A stretch of DNA of 63,128 nucleotides from a virus (Duplodnaviria > Caudoviricetes), in IMG/VR virus record IMGVR_UViG_3300025266_000001, positions 1-63,128 of that record; one strand, 5' to 3'. Made by a program: the position numbers and the translations under genes. The notes under the pieces are model-generated. The model was not told the DNA's origin. It saw only the letters and a list, made by a program, of their open reading frames with translations, and ran no database searches. Positions 10,683-22,400 of this stretch are shown in pieces (position 1 is the stretch's first letter; every line of letters starts with the position of its first letter).

Positions 10683-11485
10683 TATTAGGTATTGCTGGAT
10701 TAGCGGTAAGTATTGGGACAACAGCAATGTCCTTTTCTGAGAAAGCAAAGCAGGAAAAGAGATCAAGAGCTATCGGGGCTAAGGCTCAAAAAATGATGGA
10801 TGAAGCTAGAGATAAGTTAAAAATAAATTTTGCAGATGCATTATCTATTAACAAAGAGCCCTATGAAAGAGAGCGTGAGGCTATGCTGTCTGCAGGTGCG
10901 CAGGTTATGGAGCAAGCTATGGAGAGCGAAAGAGGTGGCGGAGCCACCGCTGGAAGAGTATTGGCAGCACAACAAGAGGGTCAGGGTCAAATTCGTGATA
11001 AGATGAGTCAGGATTTATTTAATCTTGAGGCGGCACAAGCAGAAGAAGATTCAAGGCTTAGGGACATAAATGTTCAGATGGATTTAGGTGAGGTAGAAGG
11101 TGCACAGGCTGCTGCTGCTGCTGCTGAAAACGCTGCGAACATAGCGCAACAACAAGGTGTGCAAGGCATATCTAATGTTGCTCAACAAGGACTGGCAATG
11201 GTACCTTTATACCAAAAAACAGGAGGTGTTCGTGCAGCAAATAAACTAGGAAGACAGGCTAAAAGAGCAGGTAAAGATGTTCAGTCAACTATAATGGCAG
11301 GATCGGTTACGCAAGATGCTACAGGTACTGCGGCAGGATCAGATTACGTACCAGAAAAAACAATTTGGGGACAAGGCACTGCTAATGAGTATGATATTTC
11401 GGGTTATGCAAATGCTCAGAGTGACATACAGAGAAGAGATTGGTTGGCTCAGAACGAAGCATTTACACGAGGTATAACTTTCTAA
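10670..11485 (+). CDS. Putative ejection/pilot protein
   Basis: Hydrophobic Gly/Ala N-terminus, Ala/Gln-rich helical body; first of three genes of increasing size. Confidence 0.5.
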   Translation: MAGLILGIAGLAVSIGTTAMSFSEKAKQEKRSRAIGAKAQKMMDEARDKLKINFADALSINKEPYEREREAMLSAGAQVMEQAMESERGGGATAGRVLAAQQEGQGQIRDKMSQDLFNLEAAQAEEDSRLRDINVQMDLGEVEGAQAAAAAAENAANIAQQQGVQGISNVAQQGLAMVPLYQKTGGVRAANKLGRQAKRAGKDVQSTIMAGSVTQDATGTAAGSDYVPEKTIWGQGTANEYDISGYANAQSDIQRRDWLAQNEAFTRGITF

Positions 11486-11498
11486 AAAAATAAATTAA

Positions 11499-13457
11499 AT
11501 GGCAACATATTATAAGTATCAAGAACGTGATCCTAGTAGTGAAATAAATTGGGCAGAAGTTGGGGCAAATTTTTCAGGGATGCTTCAAGAGGAGTCTCGT
11601 GTTCGTACAGAAAAGAAACAGGCGATTGACGATTCAACCAGAGAACAACAACGTGTATTAGACAATGCTGTTCAGGGCGATAGTGCCAATATGAACCAAT
11701 GGACATTGGATTATGCTGCAAATGCCACGGAACAAATGATGATGACAAACCGGCTTATGAAGTCCGGGGATTTAAGTATGAAAGAGTTCACTATGATGCG
11801 CCAAAATTTATCAGACGGTACAGATCAGGCGTTTACTTTGTCTCAAGAATACCAGTCTGAATATGCGGATAAGATGGCGCGTGCTGATTGTAAAGATCCT
11901 TCTGGAGTTGGGTGCTCTCAACAATTAGAATTGGATATGATGGCTAGTGCTGAAGGTTTTGGAAACTTCAACAAGTCACAGCTTGTTATTGACCCACAGA
12001 CAGGAAAGGTAAATGTTGGTTTCTACAAGGATAATGGTGAAGGCGTTATGGAGTTAGATTCAAACCCTAACAGTTTAGTTGGTATAAACAATCTACGAAA
12101 CAGAATAAAAGGAAAGATTGAGCTGTATGATATGTCGGGCGAGGTAGCTAAAGCTGCGGAAAGTTTTGGAAAGTACGAAGCTGTTACACGAGAAATAGGA
12201 TCTTTATACAGAAAAGGTCAAATAACAATTACATCTGATGTTACTCAGAGGGGTGTGGAAATAAAAGAATCTGTAAAGAGTGGATTACTAACCCAAGACG
12301 AGGCAGATAGATTAAACGAAATAACTCCGGGATGGGATAGTGTCGAAGATGCTTGGCTAGAGGGTCAATTATCAAACACATATAATGTGTCTTCGTTGTT
12401 GACTAATAATTTAGGTCAAATAGATGGAGTATCTTACTCGTTTACTTGGGACGAAAAAGAGGTGGATGCTACAACTATTTTATTAAAGAATGTAGATGGT
12501 GCCGCGGTACCTGATTGGGAAACTAAGTTCGGTAAAGAACAAAGACAAAAAGCAAAAGATGGTTTAAGAACAGTGTTGCGTGGGGCTTTAGATCATACAC
12601 AAAAAGTAACTACACCAGCAGATAGTCCGGGATTCGCTCCAGCTCCATCTGCAATGAAAATGAAATTTGAAAAAGAAAAAGACGAGCAACTCTCTTCTCA
12701 AAGATCTTGGAACTCTTTATTTTCTTTAACTCCTGCCGAAAGAAATTCTATACTGGGTACTCTACTTAACAGTGAGACAGCAACCAGTAGAGGACTAATT
12801 GGGGCTGAGTTTTCTGCAGACGGAAGCGCAATAGAATATAGATATCAAGACCCATCTCTAAATAACATAGTAACTATCCCTGAAAACCCAACAGAATCTC
12901 AATGGGCAATTTTAGGTAATGCAATCACAGGGCTAGAAGATCCTACCGAAGCAGCGAGTGCTGGTAATTTTGGTGGTGATTTTATGGTTTTTGATCCAAC
13001 AGAAGGTGTAGGAGCTAGAAGATCAGGTAACGCATCACAATACAAGGTGGAGCTTGCTAATTATATTGAAAAAGATTTAACCTCAGAAGCTCTTTTAGAT
13101 TTAACAAAAGAACAAGTAGAGGTTGCAAAAATAATTACTAATGGACCCCTTGGAGCTTTAGGATTTACAGCAATTCCTTCAGGAAGTTGGGGAGGTGATA
13201 ATACCAAAATAACACACCCATCTATTGAAGAGATATTTGATTTAGATTCTGATTTTAATGACACTGATTCAGGCAAAGAAAACGCCGCCACTGAGCTCGG
13301 AAGGTTCAATACGTTTATAGCTAAAGCATTAGCGAGTCAGACGCTAGACTTGGCTAAGAAAAATAAATGGATAGGCGGAAGTCGCGTTCCGAGCTCAAGA
13401 CCCGCTCCTGCAACAACAACCGGTACAGGTAATGTACCTAGAATTCCTAAAAATTAA
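11499..13457 (+). CDS. Putative internal virion/ejection protein
   Basis: 652 aa; position between pilot-like and giant protein genes. Confidence 0.45.
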   Translation: MATYYKYQERDPSSEINWAEVGANFSGMLQEESRVRTEKKQAIDDSTREQQRVLDNAVQGDSANMNQWTLDYAANATEQMMMTNRLMKSGDLSMKEFTMMRQNLSDGTDQAFTLSQEYQSEYADKMARADCKDPSGVGCSQQLELDMMASAEGFGNFNKSQLVIDPQTGKVNVGFYKDNGEGVMELDSNPNSLVGINNLRNRIKGKIELYDMSGEVAKAAESFGKYEAVTREIGSLYRKGQITITSDVTQRGVEIKESVKSGLLTQDEADRLNEITPGWDSVEDAWLEGQLSNTYNVSSLLTNNLGQIDGVSYSFTWDEKEVDATTILLKNVDGAAVPDWETKFGKEQRQKAKDGLRTVLRGALDHTQKVTTPADSPGFAPAPSAMKMKFEKEKDEQLSSQRSWNSLFSLTPAERNSILGTLLNSETATSRGLIGAEFSADGSAIEYRYQDPSLNNIVTIPENPTESQWAILGNAITGLEDPTEAASAGNFGGDFMVFDPTEGVGARRSGNASQYKVELANYIEKDLTSEALLDLTKEQVEVAKIITNGPLGALGFTAIPSGSWGGDNTKITHPSIEEIFDLDSDFNDTDSGKENAATELGRFNTFIAKALASQTLDLAKKNKWIGGSRVPSSRPAPATTTGTGNVPRIPKN

Positions 13458-13460
13458 ATA

Positions 13461-16400
13461 ATGAACGAAGATTATCTTTTAGAACTTTATTCCTTTCTTG
13501 GAACTCAAGATCAAACATTTTCTCAGGACGTAGCTTTTGAGCAATTTGTTTTGGATATGGGCAATGAATCTTATGCAGGGAATATAAGAGGATTTTTAGC
13601 AGAGAAGGATCCTAATTTTGGAAAGGACGTTTCTTTAGACGAATTTCTGATTGACATAAAAAAAAAAGATGGAGTCGAAGTTGTCGATTCAGTATCGGAG
13701 GCTGGTCCTTTGGATTTACAACAACCATCCGTTACTAAGGAAAAAATTACTGAGGAAGATTTTTTTCAAGGTGGTTTTGGCGATGCTTTAAGGGCTTTTG
13801 ATTCTATTAGCCCTATAGGTCTTGGTGATTTTGTAGACGATATGGCTCGTTCAATTGCTAGTGGTAGAGCTCAGGGATTAACTTCAGAGAACGCTGCCGA
13901 CCTAATGATCTATGGAGCAGGGTCTTCTGAGGAAGATATAGAAAGCTTTTTAGAAGCAAATAAAAATTCTCAAAATTACGGAGCGTCTGCGGAGATGCAG
14001 GACTATCAAAGAATTTACGAAGAAGAAGGCAAAGGTGTGTGGGGTGTGGTAAAAGGATTAGCCCACAACCCGTCCGTTTTAAATGAGGTAATATTAACCT
14101 CCCTATCTTCTTTAGCTAACAACTCAGATGCAATGATTGCGGGTGGAGCTGTTATAGGAACCAGCGCCGGAGTTGGAGCGTTAACCGCAGGGACCGCAGC
14201 AACGGCTGTTGTTCCGGTTGTAGGAACTGTAGTGGGGGCAGCGGCTGGGGCGTACTCAGGTGCTGTGGCAGCAATGCCATACGCCTTTGGAGCAGCAAGC
14301 GCAATGGTTGAGATGGGGGCTACTTTTAGTGAGCTCCTTCAGGAAGAGCTAGGCAATCAGGAAATGACTGCTGAAAATGTTAGAGAGATATTAGAGGACC
14401 CAGAAAAATTCACAAGCATTCGCAACAAAGCAATTGCAAGAGGTGCTATTATAGGAACATTAGATGCCTTTACAGGAAAAGTTGCTAGCGGTGTAGGAGC
14501 AAAAATTCTTACCAGTTCAGCGAAAAAAAGTGTAACAGGAATGGCGACGAGAGGAGGGGTAATGAAGTCTATTGGAACAGGAGCTGGTATCGAATCAATA
14601 GGTGGGTCTGCAGGAGAATCTCTTGCTAGAGCAGCTATTGGACAAGACCAAGATATTTCAGACATAATGCTAGAGGGTGTTACTAATTTACCCGGAGGTG
14701 TTAGATCTACTCTTCAGGCTAGGTTATCAAAGCCAATCTACAAGGTTAATGGTAAAAAAGAAACGGCTCAAACTATTGATGAGTTGATAGCTACAATGAC
14801 TCCAGACCAGTTGGCATCTTCAGATATTAAAATATCTAACGACTACGAAGGAAGGGCTAAAAAAATACAAGATATAATTGTTACAGGAAAAACCAGACAG
14901 CTTGTTGCGCTGGCAAACCCTGAATTAAATGACGCGACTCTTGATGCTATAACAGCACTAGAACTACAGGTAAAAAGTTTTGAAAACAATAAAACTGAAA
15001 CAGGAAAATCTAAAGTATCAGAACTCAAAGCCGCTATTGCTGATCTTCAGGAAATACAATTAGCCGATGAGGTATCACAAGACGTAAAAAATACCTTTGA
15101 GTCTTTAGAGAGTTCCGAACAAATACAAAGAAAAACAGAAGCGGGCAGGGTGTTGCTTGAAGAAAAAACAACAGCATTAGGTCCGGATTCTCAGGAGAAT
15201 GTTAGTATCACAGATGAAGAAATAACCCAACGTGCATTAGAAATATTCTCAAAAGAAAAACCGATATCAAACAATAATATTAATAAACAGTATAATCAAT
15301 TAAGTCCTAAGTTAAAACTTACTTATGTAGAGCAAGCCTCAGACATAATGCAAGAAGAGGCTGAGGATCAAGGACTTACTGAGTTTAATTTTACAGAAGA
15401 AGATATAAACGAACGTGCGGCTATTTTATTGAATGAAGATCTTCAGGGCTCAAAATTACAAGTAGAAGATAACGAGAGCGTAGTTGGTACGTCAGTAGAT
15501 AAAAAAGGAAGAACTGTTACATATATATCTAAGACAACCAAAAAAGATGGGGTAACTAAAACTTCATTTAATTTTAATAGAGACGATAAAGATGCTAGTC
15601 AAAGAGGGGCAGCAGGAGTTACTCTTGATGAAGGGTTACCTGATGGTTATAAGGTGTCAGAAAATGATGCTATAGAAGGGTATGAAATTACAAAGGTATA
15701 CGAAGTAAGAGAGGGTGATAACGGAAATAACGCAGCGACTGTAGAGTTCACATCACCGGAAGAATCGTTTAGAGGAGAGGTAGTATTAGAAGAGACAAAT
15801 GAAGTGGCTAAAACCCCACAAAAAGAAACACAAGCTTCGGACAAAGTTGATGAAATCAATAAACGCAGGGAGGAAGAATTAGACAGCAAGGCAGGTAGGG
15901 TGTTTCCAATTACAATAGAAAACACAAAAGAAAATAGCAACTTAATAAAAGAGAAAAAAAACCAAGAAAAAAAAATAGACGAAATAAACGCTAAGTATGA
16001 TTCTGAGATAGCTAATTTAACCAACGAAGAGCAGGCGGATATTGAAACATTTTTCAGTCCTGATAGTAAGGTTGATGACACCAACACCCTATCCGGATCT
16101 AACCTTGGTATAAATAGAAACAAGGCTCCTAAGTTAAATAGTCAGCAAAATAAAAACAAAAATAGATTGGTTAGGATTGCTGAGATGGGAGCTAAAGCCA
16201 TTGCAAAAGTTTTACCTGATGTAAGAATGGTTCTTCACGAGAGCAATGAGGAGTATTTAAGGTTTGCGAAAGAAGGAAAAGGAAGAGCAGAGTACCACCC
16301 TGAGAATAATATAATTCACATTAATTTATCAGAGGCTACTACATCAACAGTCCCACACGAAATATTTCACGCAGTTCTTATTAATAAAATAAAAGGAGAC

Positions 16401-19400
16401 CCCGCCATTGCTAAGGCGGCAGAGGCTATGATGCTTTCTGTTAGAAAAAGTTTGTCAAATAATAGCGAGTTGGCACAGAAAATTGACAAGTTCGCTGCTG
16501 CATATACAGGAACTCAAGAGCAGTTCCAGAACGAAGAAAGACTTGCGGAGTTGATAGGAATCCTCTCATCTGCTGAGGCGTTTAAAGGATTAAGTAAGCC
16601 AACAAAAAACATTATCATTCAATGGTTAAAAGATTTTGCTAAAAAATATGGTATAAAAATAGGATCTGATTTTGGAAAAAAAGATTCAGATGTAATTGAT
16701 CTACTAAACACCATTGCAAGAAAAACAAGAACAGGTGAAGAAATAGAGGAATCAGATATTAAGTCATTGGAAGAATTAGACAGCGGGACCAATCCTGTTG
16801 GAACTCCAACTAAGATAGAGCCTTCTAAATCTAGACAACAGAAAATTAAGTTTAAAGATTCATATAATAAGTCTTTAGTAAACTCATCACTTAGTATAGA
16901 TCTTAATGCTCTTATAGAAGATATACACACTAAGAATCAAAAAGTTTGGTTTTGGGTAGCTGATCAGCTTGGTATTGATAAAGAGTTAGGATTAGACGGA
17001 GGACCTAGTTTTGCTCATCAGAACCCCAATGAAATATGGGCAAGCGGTATGAAGCTTAAGGCGATTGAAAAAAATATAGCTGAAACAGATTATTTATTTA
17101 TTATAAGCGGTTCTCCTACTCAAAGCCAATTGTTTAATAAAAAAGTTTATGATAATACTATTGAAAAACTAGGAGACTTTAATACATTTAAAGATCAGGC
17201 AATAAGTACTAATGCAAAATCTGAAATTATTCAGGTACTGGAGGCACACGATAGTTGGGCATCTTTGAGAGAGGACTCAACCACGGATACCGCGGCAAAA
17301 AAGAAAACCCCAAACAAAGAAGCAATAGATAAAAAAATAGGTACAGGTAGAAAGAAATTTTTATATGCTTTAGGTAAAACTCAAAACACTCCTAATACAA
17401 AGTTCACTCAATATATGAACTCTATTGATGGATACACAGACCAAAATACTTTTAGAGATGGGTTCTATAGAGAGAATGATTTTAAGCAGAATGATATTAT
17501 GTTGGTATTAAAACCAACAGGTGTACAGGCGGGATCGAATCATTCAACATATGAGAATACAGTTCTCGGAGAGGTGGTTGGGGTTCCAGATACTAAGATA
17601 GATGCGTCAGAAATTATGCCAAACGAAATGCGCATAAAAATGGAGGGGAAGCCAAGAAATAATACTTCTCAATCAGTAGCCCCTTACGGATCGGGTCGTA
17701 GAAATATAGAGCCTAAGAGTAAGTCGGCAACGAGACAACAGAAGTCTTATAAAAAATCTGATTTATCCTCTAAGAATATGATTGGGTTTTTAGATTCCTT
17801 AGAAAACGCTTTAGGTATAAATGAGAATGGCGAGCAAATTGATTCTGGTGATGGGGTTATTCCAAAATTTATAAACAATGGAATTATAGACAAAGATTTG
17901 TTGGCAGGTGTTTTACTGTATGAGGCTCCTCAGAGAGTTTTATTTATCAGTGTTAACCCCACTCTTGAAGTTGTTAATTTTTTAGAGCTACTGAATAGCC
18001 AACTAAATGACAAGCTAATTTTAGGGACTATCTCATACATAAAAGACCAACTCCCTTACTTAGAGAAAACAAAAAACATTGTAGATGAAAAGATGGGGAT
18101 AATGGAAGATTTAGGAGGATCTAAAAAAGCCTCGTTATCAGATAAAATAAAGTCACAACAAACAGCTCAGTCTTCACTTGCCCTTAAGATGAAAGTAGGA
18201 AAGGCTATGACGGAAACTATAAATAAAACATACGACGCAATATGGAAAAAATATATAGAAGAAGATAATGGAACTAAATCGCTAGATAATAAATCCCCTT
18301 CAGTAAGACAACAGAAGGATGACTATAAACCCAATGATCCTGTAATAGTGACAAGACCGGTGGAGGTTATTAACGCCCCTAAAGGTGTCTTTGTAAATGT
18401 TGGTATGATAGAGGGTCAGACTGATGTAGAAATATCACAAGAAACAATAGAGTCTCGTCTTCCAAAAGATGTTAAGATAATTAAATCTAAGGTTAAAAAG
18501 AAAGAAGTAGGAGAGACAGAGGATACGCTACTGCTAAAACTATCTAGACCACTTACAAATACTGAGATGAAAGACTTCTTAGTTAGCAACAAGCAACAGG
18601 CTATAGGGCAAATGGTTGACGGCAAAGGAATCTTATATGGTAATGATCAGACAGAGATAGATGATAATTGGGGAGGAGAGTTTTCCCCTCAGTATTTTCC
18701 AACATTCAATGGCACGGTATTAAAATCTAGCCCAAAGGCTCGTCAGCAGAAAGATAATGAGAGAGAAAGTAGTTTAGAAAGAGCTATGTCTGAGATAGAT
18801 AATATAATTTCTAAATCTAAGAAGAGAGGTACGAAGTTTTCTAAGATCCCTCAAAATGTAGTTAATTACTTACAAGGAACTAAGGTATATGAGGAATCTA
18901 CTGATGTACAAAGAGAACAGATGGTCCGTGACGTTCGAGAACTGTTAGGAATAAAAGAAAAAAAAGCCCCGTCTGTTAAGCGTATACTTGGGGACTTAAA
19001 GTCGGCAAAAACTTTTACATTAACTGATAAGCAGTTGGTGATCAAAACAATAAAGGATCTAAATAGAGGGGCAAACACTGCTGTTAAATCTTTTAGAATC
19101 GCTAGTCAGATATTGGCTAAAGAATTTACCGGAATGGTAAAGAGTGGAAACTTAACAATAAGACAATCAGCAGCATTGGTTAGAAAATTTAGCAAGGTTG
19201 ATATGCTAAGCGATGCTTCTATAGAAAACTTTGTAGAGTATATGGCTAGGGTGGTTAATAATGCAGACTATCTAAACCAAATAAGTAAGGCGAGAAAATT
19301 AGCCTCTCGTGCTAAAAAGAATATTACTAAAAAGATTGGTATAGCAGATGCAATCTCCAATCAATTAAGAACTATTTTTTCCATTAAGCCTACACTTATT

Positions 19401-22400
19401 CCTGAGTCTGTGTTCCAAAACTACTTGTCATTGTTAGAAATGTTTGGAGAGAATGCAGCGGTTCTTAGCCCTTCAAATATAAGTGAAGTCAACGAAATGA
19501 CTCAGGATATATTAAGGGTTATGGATGAAGAGTTCTCTATGGTAGAGGAGCTGGCTCAGAGATATGAGGCATATGACACGAAGGTAGAGAAAGATGGAAA
19601 CATTAATTTTGCTGAGACCGTAAAAAATATGTTAAATGAAAATCTGATAGACGAGACAGAGGCTGATCTTATGATGAAGCACAGGTCTAGCATTGTTCCT
19701 TCGGTAGAAAAGACAGTTAAAACTGAAGCGGAGATACAGGCAGAAAAGGATCAGGTTATAAAAAACATTCTTGAATCTAAGAAGGTATCTTCTTCTTCTT
19801 TACCTAGTAGAGACGAGGTTCTTTTGGCAAAGAAGTTTAAGAGCTTAGTAAAAAACAAAGAGGTTTTAAATAATTTATCTTTGGAAGATCTTAATCAGAT
19901 AGAAAAATTAATTCAGAATATAAACAACGGATACCTACCACACCTTTCACAGATAATGACTGAGAAAATGAATGCTATCATTGATGGTAATAAATTATCT
20001 TCAGCAATTAAGTCTGCAAAAATACCACGCTTCTCTAAGATGTATGCTAAGTTAAAAAACATTATACTTAGAAATAAAAGAGGAGCTATTTCTGAAGCCA
20101 TTAGAAGAAATCCTTTGTATTATATTGATCAAGTATTTGGAAATTTTAAAAGCAAAGCAATTTTCAATTCTTTATTTGAAAGGTCTTCTGTTGCTCAGGA
20201 AAAATTTAGTGTAGATTTAAAATCTGAAAACGGCAAGATAGATAAAGCGGAACAAGAGGTGTTCAAATCTTTTAAAAGAGATGGGAATAAAACATTGATA
20301 TCTAAGTTTAAGCAGATGGTTTATATGATCCAACTTGAACACGATTCTAACATAGGAAACCCGGAGGTTAATCAAGCGTCAGGGTTTATTAAAAAAACTA
20401 TTGAAAAGATCGACGCAGGGGAAACCACCTTTACTATGGATGATGCGGTTATGCTTCAAGAAATTTATGACAAATTTAGTTTTAAAGATAGTAATGGAAA
20501 GAGTCTAGAAATAGATATAGATAAACTGTATAAATCTTTTAATAAAGCTGAGGTTGAGTCTATTAAAACCATACAAGAAGTTAATAGAGGTCTTGGAGAA
20601 AAAGCTGTGTTCACGAGTGCTATTATTCGAGGAGATAAAATAAGCCCTAGAGATAATTATGTACACCTAAACGTATTAGCTGACACCAAGTCTGAGGCTT
20701 CGGTAGCCCCGACTACAATATCAGACTTTAATAAAAGCTTAAGACCATCTACAAAAGCAAAGTCTTTAATTAAAAGACAGGGTGTAACTTCGGCAATTAA
20801 CTTTGATATATATGCTTCAGCTCGCAAGGGTGTTAAAGGAGTTTTGTTAGACTATCATCTTACAGAGCCTATTAGAACTGCTAGAAGGACTATCATACAA
20901 GCAGAGGCTGCTCTTAAAGGAAATAAAACCAGAGTTGACACGGGAGATAGAGAAACTCTAACTGCAATCAAGGAAGCTTTTAATGAGGTTGTAGAAAATC
21001 TATTAACTAATTCATACACAGAAACATCTATAGGATCCGAGGCTTTAAAGTGGATACAGAAAAACGGGTACCGTGCAATTTTAGCAAGTGCTCCTAGATG
21101 GGTGGCTGAACTTTCATCTAACGCAGCTTTCGCTATGATCACTAATCCTGTTTCATTTATAGCGGGTAGTAAGTTCGGAGTTAGATTTCTAAACAGCGAT
21201 GTGGCTTCAAAATCAATGAGAGCATTAGGTAGCAAACAAACCACTCGCGTGTATCCTAACGATGATATGTCCGCCAGAATGGTAGACTCTAGACTTCTTA
21301 ATCAGACCGAGGGGGTGCGAGGAGGAAGAGCCGAGGGTAAGGTAAAAAACAAGCTAAAACAGATATGGAACACAACAGGCAAGAAGTATCAAGGAGCAGT
21401 GTCTGTGGTAGCGGATGGTTTAATTTCTACTCCAGATAAAATCGTAATGAGACCAATGTGGTTTGGTAAATTCTCAAATGAGTTTAAAAAAATAACAGGG
21501 ATCTCCCCAGACTTTGATAAGATTTCTGAACAGGACGAGGCTTATATGTCTAAATACGAATTAGAACTAAACCAATCTACTAAGGTTGCGGATGAAACAT
21601 CTGTAATGACGGGGTCAACCGCCAATCCTTTTATGGGGATATTGAAAGGTACAAGTAATCCTAATCAACATATTACCGTAAAGGCATTTAATGCTTTCAA
21701 TAATTTTATGACTACGTTTTTAATTTATGAATATGTAACGGCAAGAACAGGGATTGTAAATGCAATAGGAAGGGGTCACCTTACTAAAACAAAAGGAGCG
21801 CAACTACTTGCGGGATCTGTAACACGTATGGTAATGTACACGATGATGTCTCAGGTGTTATCGGAAGCATTAGGAGGATTAGCCGAAGATGAACCGGAAG
21901 AACCAAAGGATATAGAAAAAAAATTAGGTCAAGCATTTGCATCCACGTTCTCATCTATGCTATTTGGTAGAGACTTCGGAAACTCAACCAAGGCTATTGT
22001 AAATTGGGGGCTAGAAGAATTTAATAAAGAGTATTTAGATGGCTTAAGAGATGGCGATTATGACGTATATAAAGATAGTATCCAATACCAAATTGTTCCA
22101 AAGAGCAAAAGCGGTAAGGGGACTTCTATTGGTGATTGGCTAGTTAATATGTCAGCGTCATTAGGACCTATGGTAAAGACAATTGATCTTATATTAAAAA
22201 AAGCTACAGAAGGTCCTAAAAAAACGGAGGGTGCTATTCAAAGAAGATCAGATGAAATTTCTATTAGAATCCCATTAGAAGTTTTGGGTAATACGGGGTT
22301 CATTCCAATGTACAAAGATGTTAGAAAATTAGTTCTTAAATCTATGTATGACGGTATGGCTCAGAAAGCCGCAGCGTCTAAGGATAAAAAACAAAGAGCT

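Noticed and set aside
3743-21244. Minus-strand ORFs within structural genes (and similar shadow ORFs elsewhere)
   Set aside because: Antisense shadows of long genes, with no start context or motifs.
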